Position numbers and translations under genes: made by a program. A stretch of 64,000 nucleotides of DNA from a virus (taxonomy: Duplodnaviria > Caudoviricetes). Where the stretch lies: IMG/VR virus record IMGVR_UViG_3300037524_000636, positions 5,857-69,856 of that record. One strand, 5' to 3'. Under the pieces are notes generated by a model. The model made no database searches. It was given only the letters and a program-made list of their open reading frames with translations, and was not told the origin of the DNA. Shown one piece after another: positions 1 through 10,282 of this stretch. Numbering within the stretch: position 1 is the stretch's first letter; each line of letters starts with the position of its first letter.

Positions 1-1425
1 CTGCGCGTGATGACCGACGCGCTCAACGCGAGCGTCACCGCGGCCGAGACCTACGTCAACACGATCGTTGGCATCTACGATCGCTTCCTACCGGGCAAGT
101 TTGGCAAAGTCGAGTTTGGGCGCTTTGAAGCACCGGAAATTGGCAAGATCGAGCCACCCAATTTCCGCGGGTTCCTTGACGAACTTGACGCGATGAGGGG
201 TGCAGTATCAGAAACGCGAAAGGAAGTCGTGGCTGAGCTGGAAAAGCTCTCCAACGTCAATCCATGGGCCACTGCGATGTCGAAGCTTGATCAGACGCAG
301 CAGGTGCGTGAGGCCGATCGAGCGACAACGAAGGCGATGAAGTCGCTTTCCGAATACTTCGCCGAGTTCGACAAGCAGATTGAGGAGAGCCCGCACCGCA
401 AGGCGCTGGCCGAGCTTCGCAAATACTTCGACAACCTCGACATGCTCATGGAGGGCGTTCGCGAGAAGCCGCTCGTTACTCCGCAGATGCGCGAGTTTGA
501 GAACTTCATGTCCAGCCCGTTGACACAGGCGATGGAAGCGATTGCGAAGTTTGACGAGCTGCTTGCCGAGAACCAAATCTCCGCCGAGCAATACGCCGTC
601 GCCGTCAAGTATGCGCTTGAGCAGGCAAGCGAGCTGTTCGCGCCTGTCGCGCCGACTGGGATCGCCGAAGTCGATCAAATGGCGACGTTTCTCGACCAGC
701 AACGGCTGCTTGAGGAGAGCCACAATCGGCAGATCGCCGAGATTGAGAGCTTCTACGAGCGCAAGCGCGAGCTTGGGCAGATGACCGAGGAGTTGGAGCG
801 TCAGCGCCTTGAACGACTCGCGCAAGCCGAAGAGGGATTCACGAAGCGCACGGAGGCCTTTCAGTTCCAGCGCCAACAGCTCATCTTGCAGACTGCGCAG
901 GCCACATTTGCGTCACTCGCTGATGCGGCGCGGGACTTTGCTGGTGAACAGTCTGGCGTTTACAAGGCGATGTTTGCCATCTCGAAAGCGTTCGCGATCG
1001 CCGAGTCGATCGTCGCGATTCAAACCGGCATCGCGAAGGCGTCGAGCCTTCAGTTCCCGCTCAATCTCGCCGCGATGGCGAGCGTTGCCGCCGCGACTGC
1101 TTCGCTCGTGTCGAACATCATGGCGGTGAGCCTGAGCTTTGAGGGCGGTGGCTTGACGCCCGTTGGCTCGCGGAGCGGCGGGCTAGATGGCCGTGGTGGC
1201 TTCACCGCGATTCTGCACCCGAACGAGAAAGTGGTCGACTTGACGCAGGAGCGGGACGAGCGTCAGGAAGCTTCGTATCTAAACATCACATACAACATTG
1301 AGTCCGGAGTCACGCGCAACGAGCTGGCGCCAATTCTTGAGGTGCACGCCCGCCGGGTGAAGGGCGAGATAAGCGACGCACTGCGGCGTGGCGGCTCAGC
1401 AGCTCGTCAATTCACGCAACGATAG
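1..1425 (+). CDS. Tail tape measure protein, C-terminal part (5' truncated)
   Basis: Frame open from base 1; Ala/Glu/Gln-rich helical sequence; C-terminal SFEGGGLT..GGLDGRGGF..LHPNE.V motif typical of siphophage tape measures; followed by tail-tip genes. Confidence 0.8.
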   Translation: MRVMTDALNASVTAAETYVNTIVGIYDRFLPGKFGKVEFGRFEAPEIGKIEPPNFRGFLDELDAMRGAVSETRKEVVAELEKLSNVNPWATAMSKLDQTQQVREADRATTKAMKSLSEYFAEFDKQIEESPHRKALAELRKYFDNLDMLMEGVREKPLVTPQMREFENFMSSPLTQAMEAIAKFDELLAENQISAEQYAVAVKYALEQASELFAPVAPTGIAEVDQMATFLDQQRLLEESHNRQIAEIESFYERKRELGQMTEELERQRLERLAQAEEGFTKRTEAFQFQRQQLILQTAQATFASLADAARDFAGEQSGVYKAMFAISKAFAIAESIVAIQTGIAKASSLQFPLNLAAMASVAAATASLVSNIMAVSLSFEGGGLTPVGSRSGGLDGRGGFTAILHPNEKVVDLTQERDERQEASYLNITYNIESGVTRNELAPILEVHARRVKGEISDALRRGGSAARQFTQR

Positions 1426-1431
1426 ACGCCC

Positions 1432-2016
1432 ATGTCCTTGTCCTATCCACTCACGATGCCGAGCACGCACGGCTTGCGCAGCCTGTTCATGTATCCACGC
1501 TCGATCGTCGGCATCAACGTCTCCGAGTTCACTGGGCAGCAGCAAGTATATGCCCACGCCGGCCAGTGGTGGGAGGCGTCAGGCGAGCTGCAAAGATTGC
1601 CGAGAGAAGACGCAGCGCCGTGGATCGCCTTCTTCACCGCGCTCCACGGGCGGTATGGCACTTTCTACTTGAGCGACCCGCTTGGCGCGAGCCCACGCGG
1701 TGCCATCTCTGGCTCAGTCACGGTGGGCAGCGGCGCGAGCCGGGGCAGCACGACATTGCCGCTGTCTGGTGGTATCGGTAGTTTTGCTGTCGGTGACTGG
1801 CTGCAAGTTGGCACCAGTCTACACTTGGTGGTGCAGGTCAACTCGGGCTCGGTCGACGTGTTCCCCAAGCTTCGCGCCAGCCACGCGCAAGGCACGGCGG
1901 TTGTCTACACCAACGCCAAGGGAGTATTTCGGCTGAAAGAAGCCGTGCCGTTCTTCGCACGAGATGACAAGCTCTACGATGGGTTGGTCTTTGAGGCAAT
2001 CGAGGTGATCACATGA
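1432..2016 (+). CDS. Distal tail (Dit-like) protein
   Basis: SEFTGQQQV..H.GQWW..L.GRYGTF.L.DP pattern; directly after tape measure. Confidence 0.6.
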   Translation: MSLSYPLTMPSTHGLRSLFMYPRSIVGINVSEFTGQQQVYAHAGQWWEASGELQRLPREDAAPWIAFFTALHGRYGTFYLSDPLGASPRGAISGSVTVGSGASRGSTTLPLSGGIGSFAVGDWLQVGTSLHLVVQVNSGSVDVFPKLRASHAQGTAVVYTNAKGVFRLKEAVPFFARDDKLYDGLVFEAIEVIT

Positions 2017-2663
2017 GCAGAAGCTTGACCAGTGCGGTTCAGACGCAGGCGGCGGCCAGCCAACAAACGCTTGTATTGTTGGCGGAACTACTATTCGACA
2101 GCGGGGCCGTCAGGGTGTGGACTGGCGTGGGCTCGTTGAGTTGGAACAGCTACACGTGGTCCGGCACCGGCCTGCTCGGAACTGTCTCACCGCCCAACGA
2201 GTCGGTTGACGTGCGGGCGACCAACATTCAGCTCCGTCTCTCAGGCATTCCGAGTGAGTTGTTGTCCGTTGTGCTTGGTGAGCAGTATCAGGGACGTCCA
2301 GCGACAATCTGGCAGGCCTATCTCGACGCAAACGGCGCGATCGTCGCCGACCCGTTCATTCTCTTTCAAGGCAGGATGGACACCTGCGAGGTGCACGAGT
2401 CCGGCAGCACTTGCTCGGTGAGCATCAGCGCCGAGTCGCATCTCGTCAGCTTGCGCCGCACGGTTGAGCGTCGATACACCGACGAAGACCAGAAAGAGCA
2501 GTTCGCTGGCGATCGTGGGCTGGAGTTCATCGCCGCCTTGCAGACGAAGGAGGTCGTGTGGGGAGGCAAGTCGATCCCATCACCAACGACTGATGGCGGG
2601 ACAGGAACGGGCACAGGCGGCCGTGTGATCGAGGACCCATGGCTTGATGAGGAAGAACCATGA
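2013..2663 (+). CDS. Tail hub / minor tail protein (DUF2163- or gpL-like)
   Basis: ELLFDSG.VRVWTG.G.L ... RRYTDEDQ..FAGDRGLEFI..LQ.KEVVWG; ATGA overlap with the previous gene. Confidence 0.6.
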   Translation: MSRSLTSAVQTQAAASQQTLVLLAELLFDSGAVRVWTGVGSLSWNSYTWSGTGLLGTVSPPNESVDVRATNIQLRLSGIPSELLSVVLGEQYQGRPATIWQAYLDANGAIVADPFILFQGRMDTCEVHESGSTCSVSISAESHLVSLRRTVERRYTDEDQKEQFAGDRGLEFIAALQTKEVVWGGKSIPSPTTDGGTGTGTGGRVIEDPWLDEEEP

Positions 2664-3064
2664 ACTTGAGACGTGACCAAGTGCTGCTTCTGTTTGAGCG
2701 CAGCAAACGCCTTGTCCCATTCCAATGGGGCATCAACGACTGTTGCCTCTTCGCGGCTGATTGGGTCTACATGCTGACTGGCGTTGACCCAGCGGCGAAG
2801 TGGCGCGGTGAATACAGTAACGCGCTTGAGGCTGCGCGACTCGCCGCTGACTACGGGGGTGTGATCGGGCTTGTCACTGCTGCTGGCAATTGGACAGCAC
2901 AAGAGCCAACGGCAGCGCGTCGCGGCGATCTTGTCTTGATTCCTGCACCGACGTTTGGTTCCGCCGTCGGGGTGTGCGCCGGTTCGTATCTTCTCATCCC
3001 GGGCGAGTCTGGCCTGCTCACTGTCTCGATGGAGCAGGCCACCAACTCTTGGAGAATTGACTGA
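2660..3064 (+). CDS. DUF6950 / NlpC-P60-like tail assembly protein (gpK position)
   Basis: PFQWGINDCCLFAADWV..LTG.DPA and RRGDLV motifs; between hub and tip genes. Confidence 0.65.
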   Translation: MNLRRDQVLLLFERSKRLVPFQWGINDCCLFAADWVYMLTGVDPAAKWRGEYSNALEAARLAADYGGVIGLVTAAGNWTAQEPTAARRGDLVLIPAPTFGSAVGVCAGSYLLIPGESGLLTVSMEQATNSWRID

Positions 3065-6000
3065 TGCCACAAGCTGCTGCTGCTGTCGTTGCTTACGTCG
3101 TTTCATTCGGAGCGACCACCACGCTCGCCGCACTCACGACGGCTCAGATCGTGACGTTTGCTGTCGTGAGCGGATTGTCCGCGCTCACGGTGGTGCAAGG
3201 CTTGAAGGCGCGCCGTTTGGCTGCCGGCGTGAAAGATCGAGATGGTGGTCGAAAGATGATGATCCGCGATCCGATCGCACCGCGTGAGCTGGTGTATGGA
3301 ACTGTGCGCAAGTCCGGCCCGGTTGCCTTCATGCACACGACCGGCACGACGAATGAGTGGCTGCATCTGGTCATTCTGCTCGCCGGTCACAAGGTTGCCG
3401 CGATCAACGACATCTTCTTCGGTGATGAGCTTGTGCCGCTCGATGGCAGCGGCAACGCCACTGGTCGTCTTGCTGGCTTCGCGACAGTAAAGAAGCACCT
3501 GGGAGACGACAATCAGACCGCCGACACCGACTTGATCGCAGCCGCACCGGGATTGTGGACAAGCGATCATCGTTTGCGCGGTGTGGCTTACCTGTATGTA
3601 AAGCTCAAATACGATGCTGACCGTTACCCCAACGGCCTGCCCAACATCTCGGCCAACGTCGACGGGCTTGAGGTTTACGACCCACGGGATGCTGGCACGC
3701 GGCACACGACCAACCCTGCTCTTGTTCTGCGAGACTACCTGACGAGAACCAAGCTTGGTCCGAAGTTCCCTACGTCAAGCATTGACGACACCGAGCTGGC
3801 GGCGTCGGCGAACATCAGCGACGAGTCGATTGGACTCAATGGTGGGTTCACCCGCACTTGCGACATGGAGAGCGGGAACAAGCACATTGGCTGCACCGAC
3901 CTGTCAAACGTCCACATCGGCCAACGAATCTCTGGCACTGGTATTCCCGTTGGCACGATCATCGTTGCCATCCACAACGTGCCGGACCTGACGTTCTTCA
4001 CTGTCAACAAGGACCCGACAGCGACGAACAGCTCCGCGTCGTTGACGTTTGGTGACGCCGAGCCACGCTACGCCTTCAACGGGGTGCTTTACAGCGACGT
4101 CCTGCCAGAGGAAGCCATCGCCCGTATTCAACTTTGCATGGCGGGCAGCGTCGTCTACTCAGGCGGCAAATGGGTGGTCAAGGCCGGGGCCCACCAATCA
4201 CCATCAGCGACATTCACCGACGGTGACATCGTTGGCCCGGTCACGATCGCGCCGCGACTCTCGCGCAACGAGCTTTGCAATCGGGTCAAGGGGACGCGCA
4301 TGAGTCCGGAGGATCAGTGGGTGATGAAAGACTTTCCACCGGTCAAGAACGCGACCTACCTTTCGCAAGACAGTGGTGAGGAGCTTTGGCTCGATCTTGA
4401 GCTGCCCGACGTCACGACCAACTCGCTCGCGCAACGGTTGGCGAAAATCCTGCTTGAGCAATCCCGTCAGCAAATCACCACTACGGTATCACTCAGCTTG
4501 AAGGCTCTCAACGTGCGGGCCGGTGAAGTGATTGCGTTGTCGATCGAGCGACTGGGCTGGTCGAGCAAGCCGTTTCTCGTCTATGATTGGCGACTCGTGC
4601 CTGATGAGACGCCGAGAGTCGAGTTGATGTTGCGCGAGACGGCTGAGGGCGTGTGGGACTGGAACAACGGCGAGGAGACGACGGTCGACTTGTCACCGGA
4701 CACAAATCTGCCGGACCCGCGCATCGTCACCGCGCCAGAGTGGGAGGAGACCGACCCGTTCCTCAGCGGCACCGACCAGCTGATCAAGCTCGCCGACGGC
4801 ACCATCATCTCCCGGCTGCGCATCGCGTGGCAAGAGCCGCCCAACATTGCCGTGACCGCTGGTGGCCGCATTGAGTTGCAATGGCGCGCGCCGAGCGAAG
4901 GCGGCGACAATGAATGGTTGTCCGTCGAGCTGCCCGGTGATGCTCGCTACCACTACATCTTCCCGGTTGTCGACGGCGAGTTCCTAGAGGTGCGTATTCG
5001 TGCCATCAATGCACTGGGCGTTCACAGCCAGTGGAACCTTTCCGAACCGATCGAAATCATCGGCAAGACCGAGCCGCCTGACCCGCCGCTGACGGTCGAC
5101 TCCTTTGCCATCGTTGGTGGTGCCGTCATCGTCTACACGCCGCCGAGCGAGGTTGATTTCAGCCACGTCAAGGCAACGTGGGGAACGGTTGATGACATCG
5201 ACAACCTCGACAACGAGAGCGCGGAGTTCTATGGCGACCGCATCACCATCACCGGCCTTGAGCGCGGCGTCACCTACTACGTTTGGCTTCAGTCGATCGA
5301 CACGACGGGCAACGTCGGCGACCCCACCCTCAGCATCACCGTCGAGGCTTTGTTCCCGGGCTTGGTCACCGGCCTGACACTCGACAGCGGCACCGACCAG
5401 CTTGTCAGCCTGCAGGACGGCACCGTCGTGCCACGGCTGCGCGTCGATTGGACCGCGCCCACTGAGAATTGGGACGCCGACTTCGACTTCATCGAGGTCC
5501 AGTCCCGGCTGACCGGCGAGACGGAGTGGGACGACCAAGGCCGTGTTCGGGAGGCGCATACCTTCATCGCCCCGGTCATTCAGGGCGTGGAGTATGATGT
5601 GCGCGTGCGCGGCGTCACCATCAACGGCTACGCGGGTGGCTGGACAACTGTCACGGCACATGAAATTGTCGGCAAGGGCGCGCTGCCCAACGTGGTGACG
5701 AGCTTGGCGGCTGCGGCGATTCGCGGCGGCGTCGTACTCACCTACACGCTGCCAGCCGACTTGGACCTGTCCCACGTCGAGATCATTTGGAACGCGGTCA
5801 ACGACCTCGAGCACGTTGGCGGGTGGGGCGGCGCGGAGTTCTATGGCGACCGCTTCACCATCAGCAACCTGACGCCGGGCACGCCGCTCTACTTTTGGGT
5901 CCGCACCGTCGACACGACGCGCAATAAGAGCAGCTACGTGGGCAGCGTCACCGCAACACCGCTTGAGCTGGCGGAGACGATTGCTGAGTCGCTTGCCTCG

Positions 6001-9000
6001 CTGCCGTTGGCCTGCGTGTTGCCGGCCGATCCGGATGGCGTTGTTTCATCGTGGGTGCCGAGCCGGTTCACTCCAGCCGTCGTGCTTGGCGTGACGGCTA
6101 TCAGCTACAACGGCACGCCGACGGACGGCACGTGGCGATACGGCACCTTCTCGGTTGAGAATTGCACCCGCGACACCGGGCTGACCGCGCCGGAGATTGG
6201 CATCAACGCGATGAGTGCCGACGCGGCCAAGCTGACGTTCCAGATCATTTACCGCGACGCCGGCGAGGACTTCGCCATCACCTCGTTCATCAGCTACGCC
6301 AAGGCGCGGCAGGGAGTCGTGGGGCCGACGGGGCAAACCGGCACAACAGGTGGCACGGGGCCAAGCGGCGCAACGGGCGGCACGGGTCCGTCCGGGCCCA
6401 CCGGGCAGACTGGGCAAACCGGCAGCGCCGGCCCAACCGGCGCAGATGCGACGCTCTACTACATCAAGCCGATTGCCGGCACTGCGATCAAGAACCACAC
6501 GGGACAGCTCACCGTCGAAGCCCACCGGGTTGTCGGCGGCGTCGACTCACTCCTGAGCAGCGGCACCATCAAGCTCTATGACCCGTCAAACCTCGAGGTT
6601 ACGGCGGCGAACGGCTACGTCACCGGCTCCAACGGCTACACGGGCATCCTCGACTCCGGCGACATCAACGGGGCGAAGGTCATCACGTTGAAGAACGGCA
6701 CCGGCGGCACGCCGCTCGACACGATCACGCTGGTCGACGTTGCCGACGGCGCGGATGGCGTTGACGGAACCGACGGCGAGAATGTCGTTCTTGGCTACAT
6801 CGAGCCGGACGCAACCTTGTTCTGGACGCGGGCGGCAGGCGCAGGCGCGTGGAGTCCGGTCGACACCATCACGGACCTCGACTGCACCTTCGTCGAGGCC
6901 GGGGTTGCCGTGGCCCGTATTGCTCGCCGCATTACGCTGAACACGAGCGACGGCACGCTGTCAGCCGGCACCGTCGCGCACAAGTCAGGCGACCTCAACA
7001 CCACCCGCGTCACCGTCACCGTCACCGGCAGCAGCACAACGGCGATCACCGTTTCGTTCGCCTACAGCTACGGGGGCAAGGCTTTCACGGTTGCCGAGAC
7101 GGTGGGCTCGGCTCAAGGCGGCGCGACCGGCCCGACAGGCGGCACGGGGCAGACGGGTGGCACAGGCCCGACAGGCCCAACGGGCGGCACCGGCGCGACG
7201 GGGCAGACAGGCGGCACGGGTCCCACCGGCACCGCAGGGACCAGCGCGTCGCATGTGCAGGTGTCGGCGACCGGCTACGTGTTCGCCCATCCGATCGCAG
7301 GCGGCGTGACGCCCTCGACGATCACGCTGACGGCCAGCCCGCTCAACATCTCCGGCCCAACCTATCAGTGGCAATACTGGAACGGGAGCAACTGGACCAA
7401 CGCGCCGGGCACGTCGACGAATCAGACCTATGTCGTCGACGATGAGGACTTCACCGGCGTTCGGACCTACCGTTGTCTGGTCAGCGGGACGTATTACGAC
7501 ACGATGACGCTGACCCACGTCTATGACGGCGTGACTGGCAGCACCGGCTCGACTGGCAGCACCGGCTCGACGGGTCCCACCGGCCCAACGGGCAGCGCAG
7601 GCGCAACGGGCTCGGCTGGCAGCGACGCCTTCTCGGTCATCCTCACCAACGAAACCCACGCGGTGCCGGCGACATCGGCAGGAACGGTTTCCGACAGCGA
7701 CGCGCAGGCTGCGGCAGGCGACATCCTTGCCTTCAAGGGCGCAACACAACTCACCGCAGTCGCCTCGTCGCCAACCACCGGACAGTTCTCGTTCACCGTT
7801 CCCACCGGCATCACGAAGGTGGACAACGACTCATACCGCGTCACCAACGCGGCAGCCTTGCCGGCGAACTACAACATCTTCGTCCTCTCGGTCAGTTGCG
7901 AAGGCGTGGCGACGTTCAACAAGCGATTCGTCGTGACGAAGGCGTTGGCTGGAGCGGTGGGTGCGACCGGCGGCACGGGACCGAGCGGCCCGACAGGCGG
8001 CACGGGCGCGACAGGGCAGACGGGAGGCACGGGACCATCCGGCCCAACCGGCATCACCGGCAGCGCAGGCGCAACCGGCGCGGCTGGCGATGTTGGTCCC
8101 GGCATTGTCTTCCGCGGCACGTATTCAGCTTCCGCCTACTACTATCAGGGGGCCTACCGCCGCGACGCCGTAGCTTATGGTGGCAGCTACTACATCGCAA
8201 ACAACGCCGCCAAGGACGGCTCCAACACCTGGGGCACGCCGGGCGTGGCGGACTGGACGGTGATGCCCAACTACGGCAACATCGCCACCGGGCTGTTGCT
8301 GGCTGAGGATGCCACCATCCTCCGGACCCTCGTCATGGGGGACGGATCCGCCAACGCCGGAATCATCCGCTCCAACGGAGCCAGCGCCTACGCCACCGGA
8401 GCCGGTTTCTGGCTCGGATACGACGGCACCACCGCCAAATTCCGCATCGGAAACCCCGCCGGCGCCCGCCTGCAATGGGACGGGAGCGCCGTCGAGCTCC
8501 ACAACGCCGCCATTTACTCCGCCGGGAGCAGTTCCGAAGTCCTTGCCCTGGGATCCGGGACTCTCATCGGACAACGCGCCCGCCCCGTCGGGGGAGCCCT
8601 CGACGCCTTTTCCCTTTCCGTCATCGACGGGACCCCCCAGCTTGCCCTCTCCCAAGACGACGGGGACGACACCGCCACCCTTTCCATCGCCGGGGGAAGC
8701 CCCAAACTCGCCCTCTGGAACAGTTACGCTCAATTCGACGTTGAGGACGGAGGATTTGCCACCCGCCGCGCCGCGGACAGCGCTTACCGCTTCACCCAGG
8801 ACCGCGACGGACTCCACACCTGGGGGGACGGAACCAACACCCCCGACACCAATCTCTACCGCTCCGCCGCTAACGTCCTCAAAACCGACGACAAATTCAT
8901 CATCGGGATCGCCTCCAGCGGAAAAGATCAACTCCAGATCACCGACACCACCGCCGGAGCAGGACTCACCATCGGCGCCGACACCAACCTCTACCGCTCC

Positions 9001-9900
9001 GCCGCTAACGTCCTCAAAACCGACGACACTTTCGAAGCCGCCGGCACCGGCACCCACAAACTCGGAACCACGCAAGTCACCGCCACCGCCGTCAACGTCA
9101 ACGCCGGGGGGAGTGGAAACCGCGCCGCCCTTGTCGCCCTCATCGGAGACACCACTTACACCGCCTATGGGACGCGCCTCGCCCGCGCCGCCGACGGAGC
9201 CAACGCCGAAGCCGGGATCGAGCACCGCGGGACGGGGACCCTCTCCCTCTACACCGCCGAAGCCGCCAACATCGCCTTTCACACCGGAGCCACCTTGCGC
9301 GGATACTTCGACGGATCCGACGGAAAGCTCTACCTCGGAAACGCCTCCGACACCAACCTCTACCGCAGCGCCGCCAACACCCTAAAGACCGACGACGCGC
9401 TTACCGTCGGAGGGACGCTGCTCTGTGAAAATGGTTTTCTTTACCTCAACCGTACCGACACCACCAACGAGGGAGCCGAAATCATCCTGCGCCGCGCCGC
9501 AGACAATGCCAGCGCATGGCATATCGACGTTTATCAGAACAAGCTGCGCATCTTTCGCGATGGCACAAGCAATGCCGACGGAGCCCTCGACCTCATGGTT
9601 GGAGGAGCCCTCACCTTCCAAACCGGCAACACGATCGCGACGAGAATGGTGATTCCCGCCAACCTCGACGGATTCACACTCGGCAGCGCAGGCGACACCA
9701 ATCTCTACCGCCACGCTGCGAACGTATTGAGGACTGACGACACGTTCCGAGCCGCTGCTTATCAGGACACGAACGGCGCACAGGTCGTCGGCACCCAACA
9801 GGCGGCGGTCGCCAACGCCACCTTCGACCTTGGTAGCGTCATGGGCCAGCTCAACACCTTGCTGGCCCACTTGCGAACCCACGGACTCATCGCAACGTAA
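3064..9900 (+). CDS. Tail tip / host-specificity protein (gpJ-like) with FN3-like, collagen-like and fibre domains, 2278 aa
   Basis: PRELVYGTVRKSG, HRLRGVAYLYV, YDPRD..NPAL.LRDYL tip motifs; FN3-like modules; four Gly-X-Y tracts; fibre-type C-terminus LLAHLRTHGLIA. Confidence 0.85.
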   Translation: MPQAAAAVVAYVVSFGATTTLAALTTAQIVTFAVVSGLSALTVVQGLKARRLAAGVKDRDGGRKMMIRDPIAPRELVYGTVRKSGPVAFMHTTGTTNEWLHLVILLAGHKVAAINDIFFGDELVPLDGSGNATGRLAGFATVKKHLGDDNQTADTDLIAAAPGLWTSDHRLRGVAYLYVKLKYDADRYPNGLPNISANVDGLEVYDPRDAGTRHTTNPALVLRDYLTRTKLGPKFPTSSIDDTELAASANISDESIGLNGGFTRTCDMESGNKHIGCTDLSNVHIGQRISGTGIPVGTIIVAIHNVPDLTFFTVNKDPTATNSSASLTFGDAEPRYAFNGVLYSDVLPEEAIARIQLCMAGSVVYSGGKWVVKAGAHQSPSATFTDGDIVGPVTIAPRLSRNELCNRVKGTRMSPEDQWVMKDFPPVKNATYLSQDSGEELWLDLELPDVTTNSLAQRLAKILLEQSRQQITTTVSLSLKALNVRAGEVIALSIERLGWSSKPFLVYDWRLVPDETPRVELMLRETAEGVWDWNNGEETTVDLSPDTNLPDPRIVTAPEWEETDPFLSGTDQLIKLADGTIISRLRIAWQEPPNIAVTAGGRIELQWRAPSEGGDNEWLSVELPGDARYHYIFPVVDGEFLEVRIRAINALGVHSQWNLSEPIEIIGKTEPPDPPLTVDSFAIVGGAVIVYTPPSEVDFSHVKATWGTVDDIDNLDNESAEFYGDRITITGLERGVTYYVWLQSIDTTGNVGDPTLSITVEALFPGLVTGLTLDSGTDQLVSLQDGTVVPRLRVDWTAPTENWDADFDFIEVQSRLTGETEWDDQGRVREAHTFIAPVIQGVEYDVRVRGVTINGYAGGWTTVTAHEIVGKGALPNVVTSLAAAAIRGGVVLTYTLPADLDLSHVEIIWNAVNDLEHVGGWGGAEFYGDRFTISNLTPGTPLYFWVRTVDTTRNKSSYVGSVTATPLELAETIAESLASLPLACVLPADPDGVVSSWVPSRFTPAVVLGVTAISYNGTPTDGTWRYGTFSVENCTRDTGLTAPEIGINAMSADAAKLTFQIIYRDAGEDFAITSFISYAKARQGVVGPTGQTGTTGGTGPSGATGGTGPSGPTGQTGQTGSAGPTGADATLYYIKPIAGTAIKNHTGQLTVEAHRVVGGVDSLLSSGTIKLYDPSNLEVTAANGYVTGSNGYTGILDSGDINGAKVITLKNGTGGTPLDTITLVDVADGADGVDGTDGENVVLGYIEPDATLFWTRAAGAGAWSPVDTITDLDCTFVEAGVAVARIARRITLNTSDGTLSAGTVAHKSGDLNTTRVTVTVTGSSTTAITVSFAYSYGGKAFTVAETVGSAQGGATGPTGGTGQTGGTGPTGPTGGTGATGQTGGTGPTGTAGTSASHVQVSATGYVFAHPIAGGVTPSTITLTASPLNISGPTYQWQYWNGSNWTNAPGTSTNQTYVVDDEDFTGVRTYRCLVSGTYYDTMTLTHVYDGVTGSTGSTGSTGSTGPTGPTGSAGATGSAGSDAFSVILTNETHAVPATSAGTVSDSDAQAAAGDILAFKGATQLTAVASSPTTGQFSFTVPTGITKVDNDSYRVTNAAALPANYNIFVLSVSCEGVATFNKRFVVTKALAGAVGATGGTGPSGPTGGTGATGQTGGTGPSGPTGITGSAGATGAAGDVGPGIVFRGTYSASAYYYQGAYRRDAVAYGGSYYIANNAAKDGSNTWGTPGVADWTVMPNYGNIATGLLLAEDATILRTLVMGDGSANAGIIRSNGASAYATGAGFWLGYDGTTAKFRIGNPAGARLQWDGSAVELHNAAIYSAGSSSEVLALGSGTLIGQRARPVGGALDAFSLSVIDGTPQLALSQDDGDDTATLSIAGGSPKLALWNSYAQFDVEDGGFATRRAADSAYRFTQDRDGLHTWGDGTNTPDTNLYRSAANVLKTDDKFIIGIASSGKDQLQITDTTAGAGLTIGADTNLYRSAANVLKTDDTFEAAGTGTHKLGTTQVTATAVNVNAGGSGNRAALVALIGDTTYTAYGTRLARAADGANAEAGIEHRGTGTLSLYTAEAANIAFHTGATLRGYFDGSDGKLYLGNASDTNLYRSAANTLKTDDALTVGGTLLCENGFLYLNRTDTTNEGAEIILRRAADNASAWHIDVYQNKLRIFRDGTSNADGALDLMVGGALTFQTGNTIATRMVIPANLDGFTLGSAGDTNLYRHAANVLRTDDTFRAAAYQDTNGAQVVGTQQAAVANATFDLGSVMGQLNTLLAHLRTHGLIAT
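6313..8103 (+). repeat. Four collagen-like Gly-X-Thr tracts (6313-6447, 7117-7248, 7528-7626, 7951-8103)
   Basis: GPTGQTGTTGGTGPSGATGGTG-type triplets in the translation. Confidence 0.9.
8845..9741 (+). repeat. Four 48-bp DTNLYR(S/H)AAN(V/T)L(K/R)TDD repeats (8845, 8980, 9349, 9694)
   Basis: Read directly; copies 1 and 2 differ at 1 of 48 nt. Confidence 0.9.
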
Positions 9901-9918
9901 CTCAAAACCAAATACACC

Positions 9919-10239
9919 ATGTCCTTAACCAAGTCGATCGTTCACGAAACGTCAGTCAACGTGCCGCACTGGCGCATCACCGAAGTGGTGATTCAGCCCG
10001 TCCAGCGTGGCATCAGCGTCGAGGTATCTGGCTGGGTCAGCCTCGCGGCCTTTCAAGCCGGTGCCCAGCCGATCGCCCGCAAGGCCATTTCACTCAGCGG
10101 AACAAACATGCTCGACGCGCTGCAGGCCGTCAGCGCGGTTGCTGCCGCCAAGACCTTACTGGCCAAGCTGGAGGAGATGGTGAAAGCCCGCCGCGAGGAG
10201 CTTGCCGACGCCACGCAGGATTCTGCTGACGTGCTGTGA
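9919..10239 (+). CDS. Hypothetical protein, possible fibre assembly chaperone
   Basis: Follows the tip gene; AAATACAC leader; HWRITEV..VSGWVS pattern. Confidence 0.5.
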   Translation: MSLTKSIVHETSVNVPHWRITEVVIQPVQRGISVEVSGWVSLAAFQAGAQPIARKAISLSGTNMLDALQAVSAVAAAKTLLAKLEEMVKARREELADATQDSADVL

Positions 10240-10282
10240 AAGGTTTTGCTTAGCCGCCACAAAGCGTTAAATACAAACCAAC

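Noticed and set aside
2660-3064. DUF6950 protein as the missing endolysin
   Set aside because: Sits at the gpK tail position and has no His at the usual NlpC/P60 catalytic site; better read as a tail assembly protein
8125-9385. Long alternative ORFs 8125-9282 (-) and 8309-9385 (+)
   Set aside because: Shadow frames caused by the C-rich codon bias of the fibre gene; low-complexity Pro/Thr or Gly/Val translations
8845-9741. Diversity-generating retroelement (TR/VR) in the tail fibre
   Set aside because: No reverse transcriptase in the window; repeats are in-frame peptide motifs with synonymous differences rather than adenine-specific ones
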